A stretch of 64,000 bases of DNA from contig CBDANF010000003.1 in the NCBI GenBank assembly GCA_965197475.1, positions 640,001-704,000 on the forward strand, in the 5' to 3' direction. Each line of letters opens with the position of its first letter. The first letter of the stretch is position 1. The position numbers were made by a program, and so were the translations under genes. Positions 43,064 through 51,928 of this stretch are shown in pieces. Below the pieces are notes generated by a model. It was given only the letters and a program-made list of their open reading frames with translations. It was not told where the DNA came from and did no database searches. The DNA comes from Candidatus Poribacteria bacterium. GTDB lineage: Bacteria; Poribacteria; WGA-4E; WGA-3G.

Positions 43064-43825
43064 TTATGCCAAAACCTCCCTCCGAATTGGCGAATCAATG
43101 AACAAAGAATCGCCACCATCAATCGTCAATTCCAATCCAGTAACCCACGCTGCTTCGTCTGAGCAGAGCCACAGCGCAGCATACGCTATATCAATCGGAT
43201 TACCTAATCTCTCTAACTGTGTTGTTACTGGAGCGATTTTTCCTTCTGGCAACGGATCCCAAATAATCCCCGGACATAACGCATGGACACGAATGTTTTT
43301 ATCGTACAATTCTTTGGCGAGATTTTTTGCTGTTGCTACCATCCCCGCTTTTGCTGCAGCGTAAGCGGCGTTTGCATCTTGACGCACCCGTGCTCCAGCG
43401 GAAATAGTGATAATACATCCGCCACCGCGTTGCTCTAAAATTGGCACAAGCCGACGTACAGGGTTGAAAAGTGTTCGCAAGTTGTTTTGCAACGCGCCTT
43501 CCCAATACTCAGGATCCATAGTGGTAATATCGTGTTCAGTTGAGAAATACCCACCCGCAGCATGAATGAAGCAGTCAACACCACCCAATTCTGAAACTAT
43601 AGAATCAATAAGTGACTCTACCTGTGCGGCATCTTTCAAATCGGTCTGATGTGTTAGCACATCGCCATCGTTTGCACGGATGCGTTCCGTTGTCTCTTCC
43701 ATCTTATCTTTTGTGCGTGCGGCGAGTGCTACTTTCGCGCCTTCTTGTGCAAAAAGCAGTGCTGTTGCTCGACTCATGTTTGAGCCTGCACCACCGATTA
43801 GGACAACTTTATCTTTCAATCGCAT
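43064..43825 (-). CDS. SDR family oxidoreductase
   Basis: GGAGSNMS, YAAAK, IRVHALCPG, VTGLELTIDGG. Confidence 0.92.
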   Translation of the reverse strand: MRLKDKVVLIGGAGSNMSRATALLFAQEGAKVALAARTKDKMEETTERIRANDGDVLTHQTDLKDAAQVESLIDSIVSELGGVDCFIHAAGGYFSTEHDITTMDPEYWEGALQNNLRTLFNPVRRLVPILEQRGGGCIITISAGARVRQDANAAYAAAKAGMVATAKNLAKELYDKNIRVHALCPGIIWDPLPEGKIAPVTTQLERLGNPIDIAYAALWLCSDEAAWVTGLELTIDGGDSLFIDSPIRREVLA

Positions 43826-43906
43826 TTTCAATTCCTTTTGATTTCTATTTTATGAATCGTGGAGAAACCTTGTAAAACCGATTTGCATTATCACGTTTGT
43901 ATTCAC

Positions 43907-45085
43907 TTAATCCATTTCCTCTCTTTTTTCATGGAGACTTAGGAGTCGGTACTCTTTCTTGGTGATTTCACCTGTAGTTTCACTTCTTTCAGGCACTTCT
44001 TGAATTTCAGCACTATATTCTTTGCCCAATGTTACATCCACCGTATATTCAAAGTCTTTGTCTACGATGATTCCTTTATAAGGTTTTTCTGGTGTCTTTA
44101 TTTCCAATTTTCTAGTTCGCAGTGATCCACCGATTAACGTGCCAGCAATAGTGTGCTTCAACGGTGCTTCTTCTTGAAATTTCTGCAGTATCTCAATTGC
44201 TTCTTGCATTTGGGAGTTGGATAGATAAACTGTTCCTACTTGACCTGGTTTTGGAGATGTCCAAGTAAACTTGGTGTCTGTTGCAGATTGATTAAGCGAT
44301 TTTAGGAGCTCAGTGTAATACTTAGCAACTTTTGATTTAAGTCCTCCAAGACATTTTCTTAGTTCTGTTTGGTTGTCTCTTGCATTGACAAGTTTTAGGA
44401 ATTCTTCAATTGCATATCCACAATCTGTATATCCGAATAGCCCAAGGTCATTTGTAGGAACAATTCGCATCTTAAATGAACCTGTACCGACTTCATATAA
44501 TGAGAGCCCCATAATATTTTTGATATATTCCATGTTGCCTTTTGATTGAAATATTACAGAACCAATTGCATTAATTACATTTTGAAGGTCTGTGAAAATC
44601 TTGCCCAAGCGAGCTATTGGTGCTTGTGTTTTGGATCCCATAAGGTTAATATCCAATATTTCCGGGTTTACGACTATTAGTAATTCTTCAGAATTACTAA
44701 GCACTGGAGATTTATCTATTTCAAGATCAAGATATTCGCCGGACATTGGAAGCATATCCTCAGAAATCTGATTGGCTTGAATAAAACCTGTCTGGATTGA
44801 TGCATGTTTTTCGTATGGCACCTTTACTTGAATCGCATAAGGATCTTCAGGATGCGCAAATGCGTCGTGAAGGTCGATTGTGCCAGATCGGATAAGGTTA
44901 AGACGTTCAACGGAAACCGTAACACAGAGCCAAGTGAATTGTTGATCGTCTTCAGCAGCAGCTATAACAAGGTATAAATGACCTGCGGCGTTTCTACAGG
45001 AGTAAAGAATAGGTTGATCGTAGTAATCGTAAATTTCTACAATTTCAAGCTTTCCTAACTCTGGAATATTAAGTATATCAACCAT
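43907..45085 (-). CDS. DUF6575-like protein
   Basis: N-terminal EIYDYYDQPILYSCRN...YL...W...VSVERL...G.IDL pattern, recognised from memory as DUF6575-like. Confidence 0.55.
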   Translation of the reverse strand: MVDILNIPELGKLEIVEIYDYYDQPILYSCRNAAGHLYLVIAAAEDDQQFTWLCVTVSVERLNLIRSGTIDLHDAFAHPEDPYAIQVKVPYEKHASIQTGFIQANQISEDMLPMSGEYLDLEIDKSPVLSNSEELLIVVNPEILDINLMGSKTQAPIARLGKIFTDLQNVINAIGSVIFQSKGNMEYIKNIMGLSLYEVGTGSFKMRIVPTNDLGLFGYTDCGYAIEEFLKLVNARDNQTELRKCLGGLKSKVAKYYTELLKSLNQSATDTKFTWTSPKPGQVGTVYLSNSQMQEAIEILQKFQEEAPLKHTIAGTLIGGSLRTRKLEIKTPEKPYKGIIVDKDFEYTVDVTLGKEYSAEIQEVPERSETTGEITKKEYRLLSLHEKREEMD

Positions 45086-45118
45086 TATTGCACCTATTCT
45101 GAATTACTGCTGGCTGCG

Positions 45119-45517
45119 TTATTCATCTATTACCTCAAAAACGAGCCAAGGTTCTGCACCAATAGGTATCCACCATGTAACATGAGATTTCCCCGATGCC
45201 TTTGTCTCTTGAATCATACCAAGCTGCGGATTAAGTTCACCTTTAGCTGTTTTCTTATTTCTTAAGTGCCCATATCTTTTTGTGAGTCGATCAATATCTT
45301 GTAGGTCTGTACAGACAGATACCCCACTGTTTATGGTAGCCGGTTTAGGAAATCTACCTGGGAATTCTTCCCAAGTAGACAAGAAATCCTCTGCTTGTGG
45401 TGGATTGTGTTTTACAAGCCGGTAAACTGTACCAGAGGCGGGTTCAGCTTCCGCAGGTGGACAGTTTTCTGGATAAAAGTCTGGCCATTCCAACTCGGTA
45501 GTCCTTTCGTTTCGCAT
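45119..45517 (-). CDS. small hypothetical protein, possible ADP-ribosyltransferase-like fold
   Basis: WPDFYPENCPP, VYRLV, GVSV, SHVTWW; start could extend to GTG at 45529. Confidence 0.55.
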   Translation of the reverse strand: MRNERTTELEWPDFYPENCPPAEAEPASGTVYRLVKHNPPQAEDFLSTWEEFPGRFPKPATINSGVSVCTDLQDIDRLTKRYGHLRNKKTAKGELNPQLGMIQETKASGKSHVTWWIPIGAEPWLVFEVIDE

Positions 45518-45646
45518 GCTATTGATCACCGAGTGTACGTTTTATAATTTTAACACTTCGATATATTATAACACACTTCATTGTTAAATTACAAATATCA
45601 ATTGTAAGCGCTTGCTAAGTGCACAGAGCCTATAAGTTAGTTACAG

Positions 45647-45767
45647 CAGGACTTACGCAATGTGTTTAAAAGTCCCACTGATAAGGGGGATTTAGGGGGT
45701 TAAAAGCACAAATTCTGCCTATTTAACCCCCCTAACCCCCTTATCAAGGGGGAATGCGTAAGTCCTG
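45647..45767 (+). mobile_element. MITE, copy 1
   Basis: 13-bp perfect TIR caggacttacgca...tgcgtaagtcctg; internal GGGGG/CCCCC palindromes. Confidence 0.8.
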
Positions 45768-46012
45768 GTTAACTAAAGTTTGGACAATTTTTAGTAAAAT
45801 CTAAAATACATTTTCTTTAGGTTAGCGGCGTTTGTAGTCGCGCAATTCATTGCGCCTTTTACAATTGTAAGTTAAACTTTGTGATACCCATACAGTAAAG
45901 TGAGATCACTTATAGTTTGTATCAAATGACCCCATGAGTTATACTATTAGTATTCGTTAAACTAACGGGTAGATGTATTTGCATCGCCGACACTTTCTTC
46001 ATGGAGGTCAAT

Positions 46013-47695
46013 ATGGACCGTAAGAAGGATACCGCCTACGGTATCAATCGACTGGAATCCAAGAATGCCAGAGCCGCTATTATTCAGAAGATTTCAGCAG
46101 ACTTTAATCTAATGCCTCTCGTTGCTGAAGCCTACTATAAACAGATTTCCACCTACTTTGAACAGCACGCCGATGTGCAACTTACCTCAGGGCAAATCTG
46201 CTATGAGGCAGTCGCCGCTGAGGAACCCGCAGGCAAACACATCGCTTTAGCGAAAAAAATCTCCTGTCGACTCAAGCTCAACGATGTTGAAGCCGACCTT
46301 GAAGTTTTAGCGACTTATGGGCTCGCAGGTCTCAGACGGCATCGGATCCTCCGATTGACCCAAGAAGCTTATGACCAAGAAGCCTTGCTGAGTTATGAGG
46401 ATTTGGCGGTGTTATTAACCACCAGTCCTGCCACCGTCAAACGCGACATCCGAGCGTTGAAGCAGTCCGGCTATTTCGTGATGACGCGCGGGGCGAAACA
46501 CGACATGGGCCCGGGACTGTCTCATAAGACGCAGATTCTCGAGCTGTACTTCAAAGCATACACCTTCACCGAGATTGAGCAAAAGACGAACCACTCCGAA
46601 CGGGCTGTCTACCGCTACTTGAGGGACTTCACACAAGTCGCTACGCTCCATCATCAAGGCTTTCCTAACGCACAGATACGCCTGATCACCCATCTATCTG
46701 ACCGGTTGATCCGCGAGTATCTCTCACTCTATGAGGAATACCAACACACAGATCGCATGACCCAACTCCTTCACCCAGAACCTGAGGACACAAAAAAGGG
46801 GGGACCTCTCATGAGCAAACCTCTAACCCGCACGCAAATCAACGAGAAGAAATTCAGACGCATCAGCGATAAGTCCCTACGACAGTTGCTCATTCACCGC
46901 TTTCTCAATGACTATGGTTATGACAAAGGCGAAGTCACTGCCACCGCCATTGTTGATGATATTCTTAAGACCGTTGAAGACTATTTCGTGATTACCCTTC
47001 CTTTGGAGAAACTCGCCACCGGCGATCAACTCCCGGATGAGCGTTTCTTGAGTTATGGACAACTCGTTTGGATGGCCGTCCCTATTGAAGAGCATCCAGA
47101 AAGAGGAAAGTCCATCGTCAAAACCCGCATGAAACCCATCATCCTGACTTACCTCGCCGCAGAGGATATTGAATCCTTTCGCAACGGTTTCACCTCCCGG
47201 CAATTGCGGATCAATCGCTTGGTCCGCTGGTGTCATCAAGCTTATGACCAAGGGGCATTATTGACACAACTCGACTTGGCAGTTTTGCTCAATGTCTGCG
47301 ATGCCGTTGTCTGTGATTATGTTAATGAATGGCAAAAAACCACTGGAGAACTCTTGCCCACCCGTGGCAATATCCATGACTTATCGGGGGCTATTACCCA
47401 TAAGAAAGAGATCATAACCCTCTATCTTCAAGGACATCTCACCCCCAGGATTGCCGCAAAGACCAAACACTCTAAGGAGGCAGTTGATAGATACATTCGC
47501 GATTATGAGAGCGTCAAAGTCGTTCGGAAAGCAACCGCAGATATTGATAAAATCTCACAGATTACACGACTTTCTAAACGTGTCATCTCTCAATATCTCG
47601 ACCTCATACCGCAGCACCAACTCCAAGCCATAGATGCAGACCTTGCCAATTCAGACTCAAACGATGAAGCCACTCACCAAGGAGAAGCCCAATGA
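46013..47695 (+). CDS. tandem DUF1670-like protein (two homologous halves)
   Basis: GGAGG RBS. Both halves have GQ, AYDQ.ALL...DLAVLL, TRG..HD.....HK and HS..AV.RY.RD motifs; second ATG at 46811. Confidence 0.8.
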   Translation: MDRKKDTAYGINRLESKNARAAIIQKISADFNLMPLVAEAYYKQISTYFEQHADVQLTSGQICYEAVAAEEPAGKHIALAKKISCRLKLNDVEADLEVLATYGLAGLRRHRILRLTQEAYDQEALLSYEDLAVLLTTSPATVKRDIRALKQSGYFVMTRGAKHDMGPGLSHKTQILELYFKAYTFTEIEQKTNHSERAVYRYLRDFTQVATLHHQGFPNAQIRLITHLSDRLIREYLSLYEEYQHTDRMTQLLHPEPEDTKKGGPLMSKPLTRTQINEKKFRRISDKSLRQLLIHRFLNDYGYDKGEVTATAIVDDILKTVEDYFVITLPLEKLATGDQLPDERFLSYGQLVWMAVPIEEHPERGKSIVKTRMKPIILTYLAAEDIESFRNGFTSRQLRINRLVRWCHQAYDQGALLTQLDLAVLLNVCDAVVCDYVNEWQKTTGELLPTRGNIHDLSGAITHKKEIITLYLQGHLTPRIAAKTKHSKEAVDRYIRDYESVKVVRKATADIDKISQITRLSKRVISQYLDLIPQHQLQAIDADLANSDSNDEATHQGEAQ

Positions 47696-47762
47696 GACCC
47701 TAATCCTATGTTCCCGACGAACTTTACTTCGCAAAACCGGGGCAGGTGCCTTGAAAATATGG

Positions 47763-47791
47763 TTGACAACCGCTACCGGTTTTGCTATACT
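47763..47791 (+). promoter_or_regulatory. near-consensus sigma70 promoter inside the element's 3' non-coding region
   Basis: TTGACA-17 bp-TATACT with extended -10 TG. Confidence 0.75.
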
Positions 47792-47922
47792 TTAGACACG
47801 TTTATCGCTAAACGCATCATTTCTCAAAGAGGATGCTCGCGATCCCAACGCAACCCACTCATTAATGATCGCTGGGAAGCCAATAAACATCAACCTTCCA
47901 GCTATCCTATGGTCATTTGATA

Positions 47923-50085
47923 CTATTTCCTGATTACCATCTTCCGCGTAGCGGTGAAATCCCCTGCAGTGAGTGTGTAAAAGTAGATACCACTTGCGAC
48001 AGATTCACCCAACGCATTTTTGCCATCCCAATATGCAGCACGGTTGCGGTGATGATAGAGACCGACAGCTTGATGTCCTAAGTCAAGTGTCCGAACTAAC
48101 TTACCATTTGCAGCATAGATGGAGATGGTAACATCAGTAGGTGCTGCCAACTGATAAGGTATCCACGTTTCAGGATTAAACGGATTCGGATAATTTGGCA
48201 ATAGGGTAGTTTCTTTTGGTGTTAATGCTGCAAGGAGTTGTTCCAAGATGAGAATGCCGCGTTGAAAATCAGGGGTAGTTAGGTTGACTTCCCGGGCTTC
48301 ACGCAACCATCGTTGAACATCGGTAGCAGAGATTGTCTCCTTAAATCCATCCAGTAGGAAGGATAACGATCCGTTGCCAGCAGAAGGTGCTGCTACCATG
48401 TCACCGAATGTTGCGGAGACCATAATTAAATCAAATATATTAACAACCCCGTCCCCGTTGAAATCGCCAACGTTATCACCCTCTTGTCCGAAGTTTGAGG
48501 CAATCACAACAAGGTCTAATATATTGACGACTCCATCTTTGTTAATGTCTCCAGGGAGTATCGGAAATTCTGTTATTTTGGCATATTCTACGCGTAGTTG
48601 CGAAACTGCCCCTATGCTATTGCTCAATTCCACATCTGATAAACTTAAGGTGGAAGTTTTCGCTGCAACAACCTCAAAGGTAACTGTGGCGAGTGTGCCA
48701 GCACCGTTGCTTCCTGCAGCTGTAGACGTGGCAGCGAGTGTCACAGTATTACCTTCAACGACGGGTGCAGCAAAGGTCACACCGCTATGTAGATAGTCGC
48801 CGTTAGCACTCTCCACATAGCGGAGTGCAATGGAATCATAGTTGAGAGTAGCCTTATATCCAACGACATCTGCGCCAGCTTCAATAGTAAGAGCCAGTGT
48901 GAGTCGTTCTCCGACATCCGGTGATACCGTTGGAGATGGAGATAACTTGACAGAAGTCATTGTCGGATCAGTTGGCAGAATCTCAACGACGTAGTCGTAT
49001 ATAGGTCGCGTAAATTTAGTTTTAACTGTGACGAGATTCTGTTGGTTTTGTCCGTTTAAGTTTGCACACCGGATGTGATCACCACGCTTAGCAATAGTGT
49101 CGAATGCCTTCCAAAAAATTTTTCCACCGGCACTGTCCACGACAATATCCCGTAATTGTAAGTAACTACCATTCCTTGTGAGAATCTTTTGTCGGTTTTG
49201 TCCGTTGGGGTCCGCACACCAGATATTAAATGTTCCTGTATCATATTCATATTCTATCCAATAGATTTTATCAGAAGCGTTGTCCACGACAAGGGAGAAT
49301 AGTCCATCTGAAAGATTACCTTCGACAAGAACTTGTTGATTGTGTCCGTTAAGGTCGGCACTCCAAATGGTATCCGAATCCGTAAACCAGTCGTACTCAA
49401 CCCAATACATTTTTCCATTGTTGTTGTTAACAACGAGGTCGGATAGTTCCTCAACTTCATCACCCTTTGTGACAAGGGTTTGTAGGTTTTGTCCGTTGAG
49501 GTCCGCAGACCTGATATTCCCTATTTCTTCGTCCCAATCGTAGTCTGTCCAATATATTTTTCCATTGTTGCTGTCTACAACAAGGTCGTATAGTTCCCCT
49601 CCTGCATTACCTGTGAAGAGGGTTTGTAGGTTTTGTCCGTTGAGGTCCGCAGACCAAATGCCTTTCGTGTATGTGGTGCCCTTATCGTAGTTTGTCCAAT
49701 ATATTTTTCCATTGTTGCTGTCTACAGTAAGATTGAATAGGGATTCATTTTCACTGCCTATGACAAGGTTTTGCTGGTTTTGTCCATCAAAGTCCGCACT
49801 TTGGATACTATAGATTGTCTTATTAGTGTCAGAGGCAATCCAATAGATTTTTTCACCAGCATTGTCCACAACAAGTTCGTTTGCCCTACCCTCCATTGTG
49901 ACAAGGGTTTGTCGGTTTTGCCTATTAAGCTCGTCAGACTCAATGCTATAAGCTGTTCCGTCATCGTTGGCGGCAATCCAATAGATTTTGGAGTCTCCAT
50001 AGGCAACACTTTGGGCAATAACGGCTAACACTGTTAGCACTAAAGAAAACATAAATTTTTTTATATTGAAATTTTGATTTTTCAT
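47923..50085 (-). CDS. secreted protein: YWTD/LDL-receptor-like beta-propeller repeats, cohesin, dockerin and Poribacteria-type C-terminal domain
   Basis: Signal peptide; about 7 KIYW...I.SADLNGQN.Q.LV repeats; GTLATVTFEV; GDINKDGVVNILDLV twice; LLPNYPNPFNPETWIPYQL...TRKMVIRK. Confidence 0.85.
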   Translation of the reverse strand: MKNQNFNIKKFMFSLVLTVLAVIAQSVAYGDSKIYWIAANDDGTAYSIESDELNRQNRQTLVTMEGRANELVVDNAGEKIYWIASDTNKTIYSIQSADFDGQNQQNLVIGSENESLFNLTVDSNNGKIYWTNYDKGTTYTKGIWSADLNGQNLQTLFTGNAGGELYDLVVDSNNGKIYWTDYDWDEEIGNIRSADLNGQNLQTLVTKGDEVEELSDLVVNNNNGKMYWVEYDWFTDSDTIWSADLNGHNQQVLVEGNLSDGLFSLVVDNASDKIYWIEYEYDTGTFNIWCADPNGQNRQKILTRNGSYLQLRDIVVDSAGGKIFWKAFDTIAKRGDHIRCANLNGQNQQNLVTVKTKFTRPIYDYVVEILPTDPTMTSVKLSPSPTVSPDVGERLTLALTIEAGADVVGYKATLNYDSIALRYVESANGDYLHSGVTFAAPVVEGNTVTLAATSTAAGSNGAGTLATVTFEVVAAKTSTLSLSDVELSNSIGAVSQLRVEYAKITEFPILPGDINKDGVVNILDLVVIASNFGQEGDNVGDFNGDGVVNIFDLIMVSATFGDMVAAPSAGNGSLSFLLDGFKETISATDVQRWLREAREVNLTTPDFQRGILILEQLLAALTPKETTLLPNYPNPFNPETWIPYQLAAPTDVTISIYAANGKLVRTLDLGHQAVGLYHHRNRAAYWDGKNALGESVASGIYFYTLTAGDFTATRKMVIRK

Positions 50086-50185
50086 CTGATTTTCCTTTCT
50101 GGTAGTATTTGAGAGGGTATTAACCAAATAATGATGCACAAAAATGCAGTCCCTCTAAACAGCATTGCGTCATAACTAATTTAAA

Positions 50186-50338
50186 CAGGACTTACGCATT
50201 CCCCCTTGATAAGGGGCGTTAGGGGGGTTAAAAAGTCGTTATTTCAGTGATTTATCTCCCCATACGCTATCGCTATGGGGGCCCGCCCCCTAAATCCTCC
50301 TTATCAGTGGGACTTTTGAATACATTGCGTAAGTCCTG
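50186..50338 (-). mobile_element. MITE, copy 2 (inverted relative to copy 1, with an extra hairpin)
   Basis: Same 13-bp TIRs; reverse complement aligns with copy 1 at both ends. Confidence 0.8.
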
Positions 50339-50504
50339 TTACAGTATACGTAATTTTTTGAAAAAAGTCATGTTTTTTTCTAAAATCCTCTATCAAGACT
50401 TTAGTTGAATTCTAAAGTCGAACACGGTATAATAATGAAGCATTCCACCCCATGTAAGAGGTAGGTTTAACACAGCAAATAATGTAAACCTGCAAACACG
50501 ACTA

Positions 50505-51917
50505 ATGAGCAAAAAAACGCTTGACCATCTGCTAATAACATTCACAGCTTTATGTGATCTCTGTTTTATTGCGGCTGCAATTGTCATCGCATATTGGGTG
50601 CGGTTTGAATCAAGCTGGCTTGACGCGTTAGCGTTACATAAAGGCGGCACACCACCTTTTGACGACTATTTTCGACTTATCCCTGTAACGGCAATTATCT
50701 GGTTAGTAACGCTGAAGAGGTTTAAACTCTACCGTCCGGAAAGCAACGCGACACTTTCAGCGTTCTGGGCACTTTGTAAAACTTCTGGCATCGCGCTAAT
50801 TGCCACATTAGCAGCACTCTTTTTCATCTATCATCACGATGCGTATTCACGTTGGGTCATGCTTCTCGCCACTGGTTTCAGTCTCGTTTGGCTGTTCCTC
50901 GGCCGACTTGTCGTTCACCGTTTTCGTCAGTCAGTTCATACACAGGGAGTCGGTGTGAGTCGTGTGGCACTCGTAGGCTATGATGAACGCGGCGAAAAAA
51001 TCACCAATGCTTTGAATACTAAACCGAACAGCGGGTACAAATTAGTAGGTATAATTGATGGAGATATAGACACGGAGATCATTAATGTCGACGGTTCAAA
51101 CTTACAACATCTCGGCGAAAGTAGGGATATTCTTGAGATTGTGCAAAAATATCGTCTTGACATGCTCTTTATAGCGTCTCCTAAGGTGCCAAATAATGTC
51201 ATCCTGAAAATTCTGCACGCGTGTGAAGGCGTGCCGTTGCAGATCAATGTGCTACCTGAACTGTCCGAATTTATCAGAGGTGGCACGGCTGTTACATTTT
51301 TTGATGGTATACCGATACTTCAACTACGCGAAACACCGATGCAAGGTGTAAGCAGTATCATTAAGCGTCTGATAGACATCATTTTCAGTACGGTGGCATT
51401 AATAGTACTGAGTCCACTTATGTTGATAATCACGGTAGTCATCCGTCTAACATCACCGGGCAAAGCAATTTTCTGTCAAGAACGCGTCGGTAGAGCAGGA
51501 AAACGGTTCAAGATCTATAAATTTCGCTCTATGCGTATAGATGCTGAAGAGAAAGTCGGACACGTGTGGGCAAAAACCGATGACCCACGGCAAACCGCAC
51601 TCGGAAAATTTCTAAGACGCTGGAGTCTGGACGAATTGCCCCAATTTTTCAACGTTCTCAAAGGCGATATGAGTCTCGTCGGTCCGCGTCCAGAGATGTC
51701 CGGTCTAATTGATACATTCCAAGAATCGATACCGCACTATCTTGCACGGCAGCGTGTTAAATCTGGAATGACAGGTTGGGCACAAGTCAACGGCTTGCGG
51801 GGCAATACCTCTCTTGAAGATCGGGTCAATTATGACCGTTACTATATCGAAAACTGGTCACTTACTTTGGACATAAAGATTATTTTGAAAACACTATGGG
51901 CGATCAAAAAGGGATAG
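50505..51917 (+). CDS. undecaprenyl-phosphate glucose phosphotransferase (WcaJ-like)
   Basis: KRLIDI, YKFRSM, DDPR, SLDELPQFFNVLKGDMSLVGPRPE, GMTGWAQVNG. Confidence 0.9.
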   Translation: MSKKTLDHLLITFTALCDLCFIAAAIVIAYWVRFESSWLDALALHKGGTPPFDDYFRLIPVTAIIWLVTLKRFKLYRPESNATLSAFWALCKTSGIALIATLAALFFIYHHDAYSRWVMLLATGFSLVWLFLGRLVVHRFRQSVHTQGVGVSRVALVGYDERGEKITNALNTKPNSGYKLVGIIDGDIDTEIINVDGSNLQHLGESRDILEIVQKYRLDMLFIASPKVPNNVILKILHACEGVPLQINVLPELSEFIRGGTAVTFFDGIPILQLRETPMQGVSSIIKRLIDIIFSTVALIVLSPLMLIITVVIRLTSPGKAIFCQERVGRAGKRFKIYKFRSMRIDAEEKVGHVWAKTDDPRQTALGKFLRRWSLDELPQFFNVLKGDMSLVGPRPEMSGLIDTFQESIPHYLARQRVKSGMTGWAQVNGLRGNTSLEDRVNYDRYYIENWSLTLDIKIILKTLWAIKKG

Positions 51918-51928
51918 TGGGGTTTCGC

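Larger units (their letters stand above)
45919..47923 (+). mobile_element. putative IS-like element encoding only a tandem DUF1670-like protein
   Basis: Perfect 13-bp IRs gtatcaaatgacc (45919-45931) and ggtcatttgatac (47911-47923). Confidence 0.7.

Noticed and set aside
45917-45945. Circle-junction promoter for the DUF1670 element
   Set aside because: Joining the ends puts TTGATA of the right IR more than 21 bp from TATACT at 45940, which is too far.
47708-47920. 70-aa ORF in the 3' part of the DUF1670 element
   Set aside because: No RBS or recognisable motif, and it overlaps a near-consensus promoter and stacked hairpins; a non-coding role fits better.
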